Notes: generated by a model from the sequence alone, not told the origin. DNA of 64,000 nucleotides from an uncultured Gammaproteobacteria bacterium (GCA_964358085.1 CAYHNU010000001.1:11220-75219), one strand, 5' to 3'. Positions 35,521 to 46,221 are shown, numbered from the stretch's first letter. Numbers and translations are program-made.

Positions 35521-37508
35521 AATGGTTTCTCACTAGCATTGTTCTATCCTTAAGTTTAGTAGCCATTTGGATGGGGCCCAAAAAGATGTTGGCTCATGCG
35601 GAAGAAGGTCTGCCATTTTATAATCCCTCACGCACTTTCCAAATATACAAGTATATCTGGCAAGACTCGAATTTGGGATTCATTAACCCCTTCTTAACTT
35701 CCAGGCTCACGCTTTACGGGTTCTCTGCCTGGCTTAATTCATTTGAGATCCCTAGCCAGGAGTTGTTTTTCTTTATATTAATTTTAACCCCCCTTGTCGT
35801 TATTCCTCCTCTATCCCAAACTCTCTTTCCCACCTTAAATGGCTCGGTTGGAAAATTTGCCGCTCTTTTTTATGTTTTTAACCTATTTGTCCTAACTCAA
35901 GTCTGGCACCGCTTCATCTACCCGCTGATTTTCCTGTGGTCATATCTCCCTTTGTTTCTTCTACTCTGGCTTAAATGGTTGGAAACAAGAGAAAAGAAGT
36001 ATTTATTTTATTTCATATTATCCAATTTCATTTTTTCAGATGTTTACGGATTAACCTCTTCCATCTTTGCTCTCTGGATACCGGCTGGAATTCTCTGGTT
36101 CAAGAACAGGCGAATCATTCCGGCCGTGGTAGCAATATTTCTCTGGTTAGTGACAACCGTTTGGTGGTGGTACCCATTAGTTGCCATAAAAGATAATCGC
36201 TTTAATAAATTTTTAAACCCGGCTCAAAATTTAATCTCACTTGTAGATGTCAGTAAATACTATCTTAATTCCGACATTTTATTATTAAAGCAAAAATATT
36301 ATTTTTCTCCCCAAACCATCTGGTTCAACTTTTTTTCCCGCCTACCCATAAATTATCTTAGCTGGATTTTTCCCATCTTACTTGCAATTGGTTCAGTTTG
36401 GGCTATCAAATCCAGATCAGGCAGACTATTAATTATTTGGCTTGTAATTGGTTGGTTTTTTATCAAAGGAGCCAATCCTCCTTGGGGTACCCAATTTTAC
36501 GAATGGTTGTTTAAGACCTTTCCCTTCACCATGGTCGTACGCAATCCCTACGAGAAACTTGGAGTGATTTTTCTTCTCCCTTATTGTCTGCTCATGGCTT
36601 TCGGTCTTTCCCGCATTCCACTCCGCTTCGGTAAGATACTTGTGATTTTTCTTGTCGGTTTTGTTTTACTGCGCCCCATGTGGACAGGCCAGGTTTTTTC
36701 CGGCTACCAAGTCCAAGTGCCTTCTTCATATAGTTTAGCAAATAGTTATCTTAACTCCGGTAGCAATTTACGTCTTTTGCAACTACCCTTTTTGCACGGA
36801 GCCGGGACCCAATACACCTGGGGTTATGGCGGCGAAGAACCGTCCAACTTCTTCTTTGATCGTCCATCCCTCTCTGGCACTTACTTTTCTCCCACCGATC
36901 CCTACTTATTTCTTTACAAATACATGCGTTCTCCCAAGACTTACCGCCTGCTCCAGCTCCTTGCTGTAGACACCATAGTTCTTCACAAAGATACTTTACC
37001 GGGACCAGCTTATCAGGAAAACTATGCTGGCTCTCGGGCCCTGCTTAGCCAAATGGAGCATATAAGTCTTGCTAAAACATTCCCCGATCTAGATATTTAC
37101 CAATTAAATCCCAATTTGCCAATTGGCTGGGGATATTTATCAAATCGGACGTTTTCCATCCCATCTCTTTCAGACGGCTTTGATTTGGTAGTCAACAACG
37201 ATTTGTTTAAACTCCATAGCGACTCGTTTGTGCTTTCACCCCAAAACCCAAAGAATCTTGGCGATAGCTTACCAAACTACACCATTACCAAGTTGTCACC
37301 AATTCGATACCTTTACCGCATCAAGCAAGCCACCTCCCCTTATATACTTATTTTGTCCCAAAATTTTAATCTCGGCTGGACGGCCGCCATAGATAAAAAA
37401 GAACTAGAAAATCATTTCCCAATTAATGGGTACGCCAATGGTTGGCTAGTTGATAAACCTGATGACTATGTTATTGATGTAAGTTTTAAAGCCTGGCCAT
37501 GGGATTAA
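35517..37508 (+). CDS. Large GT-C membrane protein (AftD/YfhO-like)
   Basis: Multi-TM; KG-x-x-PP, RNPYEK; C-terminal domain ILSQNF-x-x-GW...NGYANGW. ATG 35517. Confidence 0.7.
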   Translation: MKWFLTSIVLSLSLVAIWMGPKKMLAHAEEGLPFYNPSRTFQIYKYIWQDSNLGFINPFLTSRLTLYGFSAWLNSFEIPSQELFFFILILTPLVVIPPLSQTLFPTLNGSVGKFAALFYVFNLFVLTQVWHRFIYPLIFLWSYLPLFLLLWLKWLETREKKYLFYFILSNFIFSDVYGLTSSIFALWIPAGILWFKNRRIIPAVVAIFLWLVTTVWWWYPLVAIKDNRFNKFLNPAQNLISLVDVSKYYLNSDILLLKQKYYFSPQTIWFNFFSRLPINYLSWIFPILLAIGSVWAIKSRSGRLLIIWLVIGWFFIKGANPPWGTQFYEWLFKTFPFTMVVRNPYEKLGVIFLLPYCLLMAFGLSRIPLRFGKILVIFLVGFVLLRPMWTGQVFSGYQVQVPSSYSLANSYLNSGSNLRLLQLPFLHGAGTQYTWGYGGEEPSNFFFDRPSLSGTYFSPTDPYLFLYKYMRSPKTYRLLQLLAVDTIVLHKDTLPGPAYQENYAGSRALLSQMEHISLAKTFPDLDIYQLNPNLPIGWGYLSNRTFSIPSLSDGFDLVVNNDLFKLHSDSFVLSPQNPKNLGDSLPNYTITKLSPIRYLYRIKQATSPYILILSQNFNLGWTAAIDKKELENHFPINGYANGWLVDKPDDYVIDVSFKAWPWD

Positions 37509-38245
37509 AAACAAAAAAATTTAAAAATTGGATCATATCATATCTAAATGAAGCTGAATTAGACGAAATGTTAAAAGAACTTTATGAAAAGAAATACTAC
37601 GATTGGCAAAGTTCAAAAAGTGATCCTGTAATTTTCGATGTAGGCGCATTGATTGGAGAAACAGTTCTATATTTTAAAGAGTTATATCCCAAGGCTCGAA
37701 TCACTGCCTTTGAGCCCAGTCCTCGTAGTTTTAAACTGCTCGAAAGAAACGTTTCTCAAAATCACCTTTCTAATGTCCGTTTAATTAATGTCGCGGTGGC
37801 AAAAAATAACGGGAAAATGAATTTTTATATCAGTAAATCTGAAAATAATCCCTGGGGGAGGGGAGATTCGTTGAAAGAAAACAGATTCAATAACAAGAAA
37901 AAATCTAAAGTAATTAAGGTTTCAACAGTGAAGCTGTCCGATTATATAAAAGAGAAAATAGACTTGCTTAAACTTGACATCGAAGGAGCCGAGACTGAAG
38001 TTATTCAAGAAATTGAACCAAGGCTAAAACATGTTAAACAAATAATTTTAGAATTTCATGCCAGCGTTTATAATCCTGAAAATAGTTTACCTAAAATCAT
38101 GGAAATTTTGAAAAAACATGGATTTAAGACTAAAATCTATCTTAGCCGTTGGTTATTGCCGAATTTTGCTGCCAGTTCAATACTAATATTTTTATCAATC
38201 CTTAAAATAGATGAATATTGGCTTCGTATCTATGCAAAGCATTAA
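37499..38245 (+). CDS. FkbM-family methyltransferase
   Basis: DVGA-x-IG, AFEP, KLDIEGAE, EFH. Confidence 0.9.
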   Translation: MGLKTKKFKNWIISYLNEAELDEMLKELYEKKYYDWQSSKSDPVIFDVGALIGETVLYFKELYPKARITAFEPSPRSFKLLERNVSQNHLSNVRLINVAVAKNNGKMNFYISKSENNPWGRGDSLKENRFNNKKKSKVIKVSTVKLSDYIKEKIDLLKLDIEGAETEVIQEIEPRLKHVKQIILEFHASVYNPENSLPKIMEILKKHGFKTKIYLSRWLLPNFAASSILIFLSILKIDEYWLRIYAKH

Positions 38246-38804
38246 TGAACATTTTATTTCGTCGGGTAAGTTGATCAAGCAATCACTATCCAAGTTACGC
38301 GACCCCATCAGTCAAGCAGCCAAGTTAATCTCTAAAACTTTTAACTCCGGAGGAAAACTTTTGATTTGTGGTAATGGGGGAAGTGCGGCCGATTCTCAAC
38401 ATTTTGCAGCTGAACTGGTAGGGCACTATTTGACGGAACGAAAACCATTAGCGGCCATAGCCCTTACCACCAACACTTCTTCGTTAACAGCAATAGGAAA
38501 CGATTACGGATTTGATAAAGTTTTTTCTCGCCAAGTTGAGGCATACGCAACAAAAGGCGATGTGCTTTTTTGTATTAGTACCAGCGGTAACTCCGCAAAT
38601 GTAATTGCCGCCGCCAAAACTGCTAAATCATTACAAGTCAAAACAATTGGTCTGACAGGCAACAAGGGAGGTAAGCTAAAATCCCATTGCGACATTAATC
38701 TCATTGTTCCATCAAACCATACTCCCTTTATTCAGGAAATTCATCTCGTTACTATACACATAATCTGCGATCTGGTAGAATCAGGTCTTCTTTCTTCGAT
38801 ATGA
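38232..38804 (+). CDS. gmhA: D-sedoheptulose-7-phosphate isomerase
   Basis: CGNGGSAADSQHFAAEL, TAIGNDYG, FSRQ, ISTSGNS, IQE-x-H; start 38232 (or 38211). Confidence 0.95.
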   Translation: MQSINEHFISSGKLIKQSLSKLRDPISQAAKLISKTFNSGGKLLICGNGGSAADSQHFAAELVGHYLTERKPLAAIALTTNTSSLTAIGNDYGFDKVFSRQVEAYATKGDVLFCISTSGNSANVIAAAKTAKSLQVKTIGLTGNKGGKLKSHCDINLIVPSNHTPFIQEIHLVTIHIICDLVESGLLSSI

Positions 38805-40522
38805 AAGTCGTAATCTTATGTGAAGGCTTTGGCACTAGGCTGTCGTCAATAGTTTCCGATAGACCCAAACCTTTAGCCCCGATTGCGGGAAAACCTTTCA
38901 TAGAACACGTCATAAAATGGCTTTGTAGGTACGGTTACAAAGACATAATTTTCTGTGTTAGCTATAAGGCTGACCAAATTATAAAATTTGTGGGAGATGG
39001 TAAGAAATTCGGTATCAAGGCAACATATTCCAGAAGATCCCAACCTTCGGGAACAGGTGGGGCTATCAAGTTTGCCAGTCAACTCTTAAATGGCAAAGAT
39101 GAAAGAGTATTGGTACTTAATGGAGACACTTTATTTGACATTAACTTAAATAAATTTGTTGAATTTCATGATAAAAATAAATCGTTTGCAACTATCGCCC
39201 TTAGTCACGTTTTGGATGTGCATCAATACGGGGAAGTCAGTATCGATTCCGGCTATCAACTAACCAAATTCAGCGAAAAAAACCCAGAAAGCCTATTAAA
39301 TCCCCATGCCGGATTGGTTAATGGTGGTGTCTATCTGCTCAGCCGGGAAGCCTTAAATATATTAAGCAATCTCCAGCCCCCTTTCTCGATAGAGAAAGAC
39401 TTTTTCTCTGTTCAGGTTAACACCCAAAAGATCTTCGGATACGTTTCAGACATAACCCATTACGATATGGGGACACCGTCTGGTTATCGCAAAACTGACA
39501 GAATTTTAAGCGGACAGGAAGAAATCATTATTCGCAGCCGGGCTCCGTTAAGAATTTCTTTTGGAGGGGGAGGCACTGATGTGCCGCCTTTCGATCAAAA
39601 ATATGGCGGCTGTGTGCTTAATTGCACGATCAATAAGTATGTTTATGGTTTACTGAAGCTTCGTGACGACAAAAAAATAAGATTGGTTTCTTCAGACTAT
39701 CGTTTGTCGGTTGTATACAGTGACATTAAGCACTTGGAATTTGATGGACACCTGGACCTCATAAAAGGAATAATCAAGAGGGTAGATGTCAATTATGGAT
39801 TTGAACTTGAAATCAGATCGGATGTCCCACCCAATAGCGGGATGGGATCAAGCGCCAGCGTTTGTGTAGCCGTTATAGGTCTGTTTAACCATTTATTAGT
39901 TGAAAGCAAAATGACTAAATCTCAAATCGCTGAACTTGCATACAAAGTAGAAGTGGAAGATCTCAAAAACCATGGAGGAAGACAGGATCAATACGCTTCG
40001 GTATATGGGGGGCTTAATCTTTTTGAATTCAGAGGAGGCGATTTTGTCAAAGTTAGCCCTTTAAACCCAAAGAGAGAGATCTTTCTCGAGTTAGAAAGGA
40101 ACACTGTATTAGTCTACACGGGGAAAAGAGGAATTTCCGGATTACAACATGACAATAATGAAATTTCTCTACGCAAAAGAACCGAATATTTACAGGCAAT
40201 AAAAATTTTAGGATATGAATCATTTGATTCTTTAATGAGGGGGGATATAAATCGGTTCGGAAATATACTTGAGGAAACTTGGGAGTTAAAGAAAAAAGCA
40301 TTCCCTCAATCAAGCAACAAGTATATTGATTCTTTGTATTTAGCTGCAAAAAAAGCCGGCGCCATTGGAGGGAGAGTAGCCGGTGCGGGGGGCGGGGGAC
40401 ATATGGTCTTTTATTGCCGTCCCGGGACTGAGCATAAGGTGACTAAAGTGTTACAAGCCATGGGTACCAAGTCAGTAGATTTTAGTTTTGATTACCAAGG
40501 ATTAGAAACATGGGAAGTTTGA
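38801..40522 (+). CDS. Fused heptose-1-phosphate nucleotidyltransferase (HddC-like) and heptose-7-phosphate kinase (HddA-like GHMP kinase)
   Basis: N-terminal GFGTRL...PKP, GTGGA, NGD, D-x-GTP; C-terminal APLRISFGGGGTD, P-x-x-SGMGSS, G-x-QDQYA, GAGGGG. Confidence 0.9.
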   Translation: MKVVILCEGFGTRLSSIVSDRPKPLAPIAGKPFIEHVIKWLCRYGYKDIIFCVSYKADQIIKFVGDGKKFGIKATYSRRSQPSGTGGAIKFASQLLNGKDERVLVLNGDTLFDINLNKFVEFHDKNKSFATIALSHVLDVHQYGEVSIDSGYQLTKFSEKNPESLLNPHAGLVNGGVYLLSREALNILSNLQPPFSIEKDFFSVQVNTQKIFGYVSDITHYDMGTPSGYRKTDRILSGQEEIIIRSRAPLRISFGGGGTDVPPFDQKYGGCVLNCTINKYVYGLLKLRDDKKIRLVSSDYRLSVVYSDIKHLEFDGHLDLIKGIIKRVDVNYGFELEIRSDVPPNSGMGSSASVCVAVIGLFNHLLVESKMTKSQIAELAYKVEVEDLKNHGGRQDQYASVYGGLNLFEFRGGDFVKVSPLNPKREIFLELERNTVLVYTGKRGISGLQHDNNEISLRKRTEYLQAIKILGYESFDSLMRGDINRFGNILEETWELKKKAFPQSSNKYIDSLYLAAKKAGAIGGRVAGAGGGGHMVFYCRPGTEHKVTKVLQAMGTKSVDFSFDYQGLETWEV

Positions 40523-41337
40523 AATGCTTACTAGCTAATACTGGGGATATGGCGCTAAAACGCCGAGCCAGAAGAATAATTACCGAGCTAGACCCCAAGT
40601 CCGGAGACAAGATTCTGGATATCGGTTGTGGAGATGGCTACTATCTTCATATTCTCTCCCACTTAAACATTTCCAACCTGAACCTGTCCGGCACAGATAA
40701 TGACATTAATGGGTTAAATAAAACCAGAAAAAATCTCGATAATCCGAAAATCAAAGTTTATCCTGGCGATTTGATGAAAAAACTCCCATTTGAAAATAAC
40801 AGTTTCGATAAAGCAGTTATGTCCGAAGTAGCCGAGCATTTGCCAAACGACATCAAAGGACTCAAGGAAGTCTACCGAATTCTTAAGCCAGGTGCGATTC
40901 TAAGTCTCACGGTGCCCCACGCAAACTATCCCCTTCTTTGGGACCCACTAAATTGGCTACTCGAAAGGTTATTCGGTGTTCATGTTAAATCTGGTTTCTT
41001 TGCCGGACTTTGGAATCAACATATTCGGCTATATCAGCCCGCTCAAATAGAACGCGTTTTGAAAAAAGCCGGTTTCAAAGTAGAGAAACTTGAATCACTC
41101 ACCTTTTGGTGTTTACCCTTTAACCATTATTTGGTCAACCTCGTCGCACGCTATCTTGCCCGTCAATATAGACAGGGTACTCCAAATGTTTCACTTAATA
41201 AATTTACAATCGCTTCTGCCAAACCATTTTTACTAAATGCTGCCTTTTACATTGTTAATCTCCTAGATCGTCTTAACGATATTTTGCAGCCAAGAGGCAT
41301 TGGAGTTTCGGTATTTGTAAAAGCGATTAAAGTATGA
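40510..41337 (+). CDS. Class I SAM-dependent methyltransferase
   Basis: ILDIGCGDG, LPF-x-x-NSFD, SEV-x-EH, RILKPG, H-x-RLY. Confidence 0.9.
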   Translation: MGSLKCLLANTGDMALKRRARRIITELDPKSGDKILDIGCGDGYYLHILSHLNISNLNLSGTDNDINGLNKTRKNLDNPKIKVYPGDLMKKLPFENNSFDKAVMSEVAEHLPNDIKGLKEVYRILKPGAILSLTVPHANYPLLWDPLNWLLERLFGVHVKSGFFAGLWNQHIRLYQPAQIERVLKKAGFKVEKLESLTFWCLPFNHYLVNLVARYLARQYRQGTPNVSLNKFTIASAKPFLLNAAFYIVNLLDRLNDILQPRGIGVSVFVKAIKV

Positions 41338-42158
41338 AGCAGCTAATAGCAAAGATTTGCGACAATCTTTGTTTTGATAAAATATTTTTACTTACTGAGA
41401 ATTTGTCTCTTTTGGAGAAAGTAAAGTATACATTCAGAAAATATTTAACAATAATATTTGGACGGAAAGAAATAGTATATTTAGGTAAGGTTTTCAAATT
41501 TGATAACTCCTTTACTCCAGTGCTTTTGCAAAGTTATCCCCATGAGATTGGTACATTGGATAGAGAAATAAATTTGAATACGATTCATTCGGTTTTGGAT
41601 ATAGGGGCAAATATAGGTCAGTGGTCATTCACATTGAAGTCTTTATTTTCTCATCTGAACGTAATATCACTTGAGCCTAACCCTAAAGTTTTTCCCCTGT
41701 TGCGCGAGAATGCAAAGGGTTTTTCTAAGTGGAAATGTTACAATTTTGGGGTAGGTGATGGGGGTAGACACAAGTACATATATTATTCAGGGAATGGCTC
41801 TTCAGAAGCTAGTATTTATAACAAAATTAGCACCAACAATAAGAAAAAAGATAAAATAGTACCAGTACGCCTAGTAGTTTTAAATAATGGAAAAATAGGT
41901 GGAACTCAAATACCCAATTCGTTTGATTTAGTAAAAATTGACACTGAAGGGTCTGAGCTTGAAGTGTTACATTCAATTAGTAAACTTCATTTTAAGTACT
42001 TGGAAGTAGAAGTATCACTTAAACGAAATAGAGGAGTAACTGTAAAGGATGTCAAAAACTTTTTTAAAAGGCATACTCGTTTTCAGCCAAAATTATTACA
42101 TTTAGATATATTTAATAGTAATTCACCTGTAGCTGATGCAATTTTTTCATTAACATGA
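41334..42158 (+). CDS. FkbM-family methyltransferase
   Basis: LDIGANIGQ, EPNP, KIDTEGSE. Confidence 0.9.
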   Translation: MKQLIAKICDNLCFDKIFLLTENLSLLEKVKYTFRKYLTIIFGRKEIVYLGKVFKFDNSFTPVLLQSYPHEIGTLDREINLNTIHSVLDIGANIGQWSFTLKSLFSHLNVISLEPNPKVFPLLRENAKGFSKWKCYNFGVGDGGRHKYIYYSGNGSSEASIYNKISTNNKKKDKIVPVRLVVLNNGKIGGTQIPNSFDLVKIDTEGSELEVLHSISKLHFKYLEVEVSLKRNRGVTVKDVKNFFKRHTRFQPKLLHLDIFNSNSPVADAIFSLT

Positions 42159-43363
42159 AGATAAATAAGATTTATTTTTGGTCAATGGCTTCCCATGGCG
42201 CTGGAATTTCTGGAGGCGACAGAATCTTTATGGAATTTGTCAAAAGATGGAGGACAAAGCATCCAGTTACGGTTGTAACTTGGGCAGAAGGGGAGTCCAT
42301 GATGGCTAGAAACAACCTTCTTGAATCCGCAAATGTTTCCTTTCAACGTCTATTGGTTCCAAAAATTATTCGCTTTAATTTTTTATTGTGCTATCTATAT
42401 AGAATAATTATTGGTATTTTCACTGCACTAACCATGCGTCTTGATAGCCCATTAGAACTGTATTTATATTCCTCTTCCGAGTTTTGGATGGACTCACTAC
42501 CTTCTTTTATTTTAAAACTTCGTTACCCCACTATCAATTGGATTGCAACCTGGTACCAAACCGCTCCAAATCCTCTTGTTGGTTTTTCAAATGGCCGTTA
42601 TCGCATAACGGCTTTATTACTATGGCTTTCTCAATTACCAATTAAGCCATTAATTGGTAATTTTGCCGATGTTGTTTTGGTAAACAACGATACCGAAAAA
42701 AAGATATTCCCAAAATCTCAAACAATTGTAGTTTTGGGCGCAGTTGACACCAAACTGATTGAAACCTATATTGCTAAAAATCCTAAAACAAAAAAGAAGT
42801 ATGCAGCTGTCTTTCAAGGTAGATTTCATCCCCAAAAAGGAGTAGTGGAACTCATAGATGTATGGAAAAAAGTGGTTGAGAAAATCCCGGATGCCAAATT
42901 GGCCATGATAGGGGATGGCCCGCTTATGGAAAGTGTGAAATTAGAAATTAGAAATTTGAAATTGGAGAATAATGTTAAATTGTTAGGATATGTTTTTGAC
43001 GGCGATGAGAAATACAAACTATTTGCTCAAAGCAAAATTGTAGTTCACCCGGCCTTTTATGATTCTGGGGGTATGGCCTCGGCTGAAGCTATGGCCTTTG
43101 GTTTACCTTGCATAGGCTTTAATTTACCCGCTTATGAATCGTATTATCCCAAAGGTATGATTAAAATCCCCATCGGTGACTTGAATTCCTTTGCTGAAAC
43201 GATAGTTGACCTACTTAAAAATAATTCCAAACGAAATCTCGTGGGGAATCAGGCGGGAAAATTTATTCGTGGGTCTTATTCTTGGGACTATCGTGCTCGA
43301 GAGATTTTACGGCAAATAGTTGGAACGACAAATCCGGAAAGAAAAAAAGTAGAATCTCAGTAA
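42155..43363 (+). CDS. GT4 glycosyltransferase
   Basis: SGGDRI, GRFHPQKG, DSGGMASAEAMAFGLP. Confidence 0.85.
   Translation: MKINKIYFWSMASHGAGISGGDRIFMEFVKRWRTKHPVTVVTWAEGESMMARNNLLESANVSFQRLLVPKIIRFNFLLCYLYRIIIGIFTALTMRLDSPLELYLYSSSEFWMDSLPSFILKLRYPTINWIATWYQTAPNPLVGFSNGRYRITALLLWLSQLPIKPLIGNFADVVLVNNDTEKKIFPKSQTIVVLGAVDTKLIETYIAKNPKTKKKYAAVFQGRFHPQKGVVELIDVWKKVVEKIPDAKLAMIGDGPLMESVKLEIRNLKLENNVKLLGYVFDGDEKYKLFAQSKIVVHPAFYDSGGMASAEAMAFGLPCIGFNLPAYESYYPKGMIKIPIGDLNSFAETIVDLLKNNSKRNLVGNQAGKFIRGSYSWDYRAREILRQIVGTTNPERKKVESQ
42934..42963. repeat. Intragenic 7-bp-period array
   Basis: TGTGAAA TTAGAAA TTAGAAA TTTGAAA TT (peptide VKLEIRNLKL). Confidence 0.8.
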
Positions 43364-43964
43364 CAGCCGAAAATAACCCCCAAAATATCCAAGGAGAGAA
43401 TCTGATTGATGCTTCGTCGTTTCGTAAATATTTAAGTCCTCTCAAGCCATATACTTGGTACCCCATATCTTGGAGGTCTTTTTTACTCCAACCTGAATGA
43501 TGAACTTGATACGGATTGCCATCATACGCCTTTTGATCAATGTAGCCTTGAGGAGTCATTAATATAACTTTTTTACGCGCGATCTTCTCCATCTGGGAAA
43601 TCATTTTTAAGGCCTCTTGCTTTGTTAAGTGCTCGATAACATCGATTGATATTAAGGTGTCAAAACTTTTATTTTTGTAATACTTACCTAGTTTTCTTAC
43701 ATCTCCTAATTTGTAAGTATCGTGATAGTGATTTCTTTTGCTAATCTCTATGCACCTAGGATAGATGTCAATTCCCTCACTGGAAAAAGTTTTAGCAAGT
43801 CTTCCCAGAGATGAGTCATTGCCACATCCAACATCCAGAACGCTTTTTGAGTTAGCCAATTCTTTTTCCAGTCTTGAAAAAAAGAAAATATTTTCAAATT
43901 GGCGAAAAAAATTTTTAAATCGTTCTTTTTTATTGTGATTTAGAAAAAGCTTTGGAAAATTCAT
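43263..43964 (-). CDS. Class I SAM-dependent methyltransferase
   Basis: VLDVGCG, SFD, DVIEHL, TP-x-G, H-x-SGW. ATG 43964 preferred. Confidence 0.85.
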   Translation of the reverse strand: MNFPKLFLNHNKKERFKNFFRQFENIFFFSRLEKELANSKSVLDVGCGNDSSLGRLAKTFSSEGIDIYPRCIEISKRNHYHDTYKLGDVRKLGKYYKNKSFDTLISIDVIEHLTKQEALKMISQMEKIARKKVILMTPQGYIDQKAYDGNPYQVHHSGWSKKDLQDMGYQVYGLRGLKYLRNDEASIRFSPWIFWGLFSAVTEILLFFFPDLSFQLFAVKSLEHDSPKNKTHE

Positions 43965-45144
43965 TATCCCAAGTATTGACTTTTGCAAATTTAAGTAATA
44001 CTTTATGCATCTTAACATATAATATTGGGCTAGAAAACAGTGTTATAACAGCGTCGGTCAGCCCCTCTTTGTTGTCCGGAGCAATGATAGATCCCCCTAT
44101 TTCTTGTAAATTTTTTCCCAATGGCGGTACCGCAGTGGTAATAATTGGTAGCCCTGCTGCGGCATATGATCTCATTTTTGAAGCGTCGGCATATTTTCTA
44201 GTAGAGTCTGGAAAATCTCGATATGGAGCAACTGCTACATAGCAATGGCTAAGAATTTCTGCCATATCAATGTTTTTTACAACATAACCGTAAAAAACCA
44301 CCTTAGATTCGATTCCCAAAGATTTAACCAAGTTTTTCAATCGTTCAAGGTTTTTTTGTCCACCTCCAATAACGTGGAGTGTTGTTTTAGCAAATTTTTT
44401 AAGAACCAAAGGCATGGCCTCAATTGCTAGATCAGGTCCACTTTCTTCTCCAAGCGTTCCCATGTATACGAGAGAAAAAGGAAGCCGTTTATTTATAGGG
44501 GCAGAAAGTAATTGTTGTGGGTATATTCCAATAGGAACATGGATGACCGGAGATGATTTCTTTTCATCTAAGCCCAATGCAATTCTGGCTGGTTGCATAG
44601 CTTTTGATACGTCCCAAATGTAATCAGCGTGTACGGCACAATATTGATCTAAGAATAAATATATTTTATTAAAGATACCTTTGTATCTGCTTGGCGAATA
44701 GTCCAAGACATAGTATATGACTTTATTAACTTTTCCCAATTTCTTTAGTATTATGCCGGCTAACGTGTTAATACATTCTAGTCCAATGAAATAATCGTAT
44801 TTGAATTTATTCATAAGTGTCCAATCAAACACAGAAAAGAAATCTCTTATCTTGAAAAAAAGCTGTGTCCCTTGAAAATTAGTCAATTTTAAAAAGGGCA
44901 ATAATAAAAACATCCACCAAGAAGAAGAATGGGAAACGTATTTTAATTGTTGATTGGAATACTCTTCAATTATCGGCATGACGACCTCACTTCCTGGGTG
45001 TGGCTGATCAATCAGGACAAGACGTTTAACGCGGGGCACTAAGAAATCCCTCAAGGGTTCAACGTTTCCATTGGTTGGCATACGTGTGCCGTTTGTCCAC
45101 ATGGAAAACGTTACAAATAGTATCGTTGAGTTTTTAGATAGCAT
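43930..45144 (-). CDS. GT4 glycosyltransferase
   Basis: YMG-x-L, D-x-x-K-x-x-x-Y-x-AAGLPII; GT-B layout. Confidence 0.8.
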   Translation of the reverse strand: MLSKNSTILFVTFSMWTNGTRMPTNGNVEPLRDFLVPRVKRLVLIDQPHPGSEVVMPIIEEYSNQQLKYVSHSSSWWMFLLLPFLKLTNFQGTQLFFKIRDFFSVFDWTLMNKFKYDYFIGLECINTLAGIILKKLGKVNKVIYYVLDYSPSRYKGIFNKIYLFLDQYCAVHADYIWDVSKAMQPARIALGLDEKKSSPVIHVPIGIYPQQLLSAPINKRLPFSLVYMGTLGEESGPDLAIEAMPLVLKKFAKTTLHVIGGGQKNLERLKNLVKSLGIESKVVFYGYVVKNIDMAEILSHCYVAVAPYRDFPDSTRKYADASKMRSYAAAGLPIITTAVPPLGKNLQEIGGSIIAPDNKEGLTDAVITLFSSPILYVKMHKVLLKFAKVNTWDNEFSKAFSKSQ

Positions 45145-46207
45145 TTAAATTAGCTAAAAAGATAGATGCCGTTTTTTTCCAACTGAAAGCAGAAGCACGT
45201 TTTAATCCCTTTTCTTTAAGGCTATTTCGAAGGTTCTTGTCTTTTAAAGTTTTAAGCATTGCCGTTGTTAACTCCGTTTGGTTTTTCACCAAAATTCCTG
45301 CATCTCCTACTAATTCCGTAAGCGAAGAATTGGCATATGAGATCACCGGAGTCCCACACTTCATGGCTTCTAAAATAGGCAGGCCAAATCCTTCGTACAG
45401 TGAAGTACAAACAAATATGTCTGCTCCACAATATAAACTAGACAATTGGGAATAATCTGGCCTGCAAACGTAGATAATTTTATCGTAAATACCTAATTTT
45501 TTTGATAACTGAACGATTTCTTGATAATTTTTGCCTTCTGTGATGCCCACAATTACCAATTGAAGGGATTTATTTAACTGTTCACATACTTCCGAAAAAG
45601 CCAATAATAAGTCGACCATATTTTTTCGAGGAATGAATGTGCCGGGAAATGCAAGGGCAAACGGTTGATTAATGTTGTATTGTTTTAAATTGATCACTAT
45701 TTTCTGAGTAGGTTGAATACAAATTTCATCTGGTGAAGCAAGAGGGGTTATAAAAATCTTATGGGGGTCAATTTTTAGAATTTTAATAATGTCGTTTTTG
45801 GAGTTTTTGGAGAATGTAGATATCTTTACAGCTCTGTGAGCTGAAATAAAATACATGATAAATAAATAAATCTTAGTTATACCCAAGATACCAGAATCGT
45901 AAACAAACGACATGTCTGGAATAGTCAGGACTATGGGAACAGAAAGTAAAAATGGTATGGGTGGATTTAAAAAAATACCTATGTTGAATTTTTTTTCTCT
46001 AAATACATTAAACAATTTAATTTGTAACCAATATTGTTCGCTGATCAACCACCACAACCCTCCCCAACGCTTTGTTGTTTGATCTTTTAAAATAAAATAT
46101 TGATTTTTCTTGTCAATTATTCGTAGATTATTAATCAACCTTTGGGCATAGACGGCCATACCACCTTTGTGGTTAGATACAATTCTAAAGTCTACTCCAA
46201 TATTCAT
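45134..46207 (-). CDS. GT4 glycosyltransferase (MtfB-like)
   Basis: IGVD-x-R, PRKN, SLYEGFGLPILEAMKCGTPV. Confidence 0.9.
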   Translation of the reverse strand: MNIGVDFRIVSNHKGGMAVYAQRLINNLRIIDKKNQYFILKDQTTKRWGGLWWLISEQYWLQIKLFNVFREKKFNIGIFLNPPIPFLLSVPIVLTIPDMSFVYDSGILGITKIYLFIMYFISAHRAVKISTFSKNSKNDIIKILKIDPHKIFITPLASPDEICIQPTQKIVINLKQYNINQPFALAFPGTFIPRKNMVDLLLAFSEVCEQLNKSLQLVIVGITEGKNYQEIVQLSKKLGIYDKIIYVCRPDYSQLSSLYCGADIFVCTSLYEGFGLPILEAMKCGTPVISYANSSLTELVGDAGILVKNQTELTTAMLKTLKDKNLRNSLKEKGLKRASAFSWKKTASIFLANLNAI

Positions 46208-46211
46208 ATGT

Positions 46212-46221
46212 TAAGATTCTA
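46212..46221. promoter_or_regulatory. Overlapping divergent -10 boxes in a 16-bp intergenic gap
   Basis: + TAAGAT (46212-46217)-N6-ATG 46224; - TAGAAT (46221-46216)-N8-ATG 46207. Confidence 0.55.

Noticed and set aside
38232-40522. LPS core (ADP-heptose, HldE) pathway
   Set aside because: The kinase is GHMP-type and the transferase is NTP-transferase type, not the HldE ribokinase/cytidylyltransferase pair; no lipid A or Kdo genes seen.
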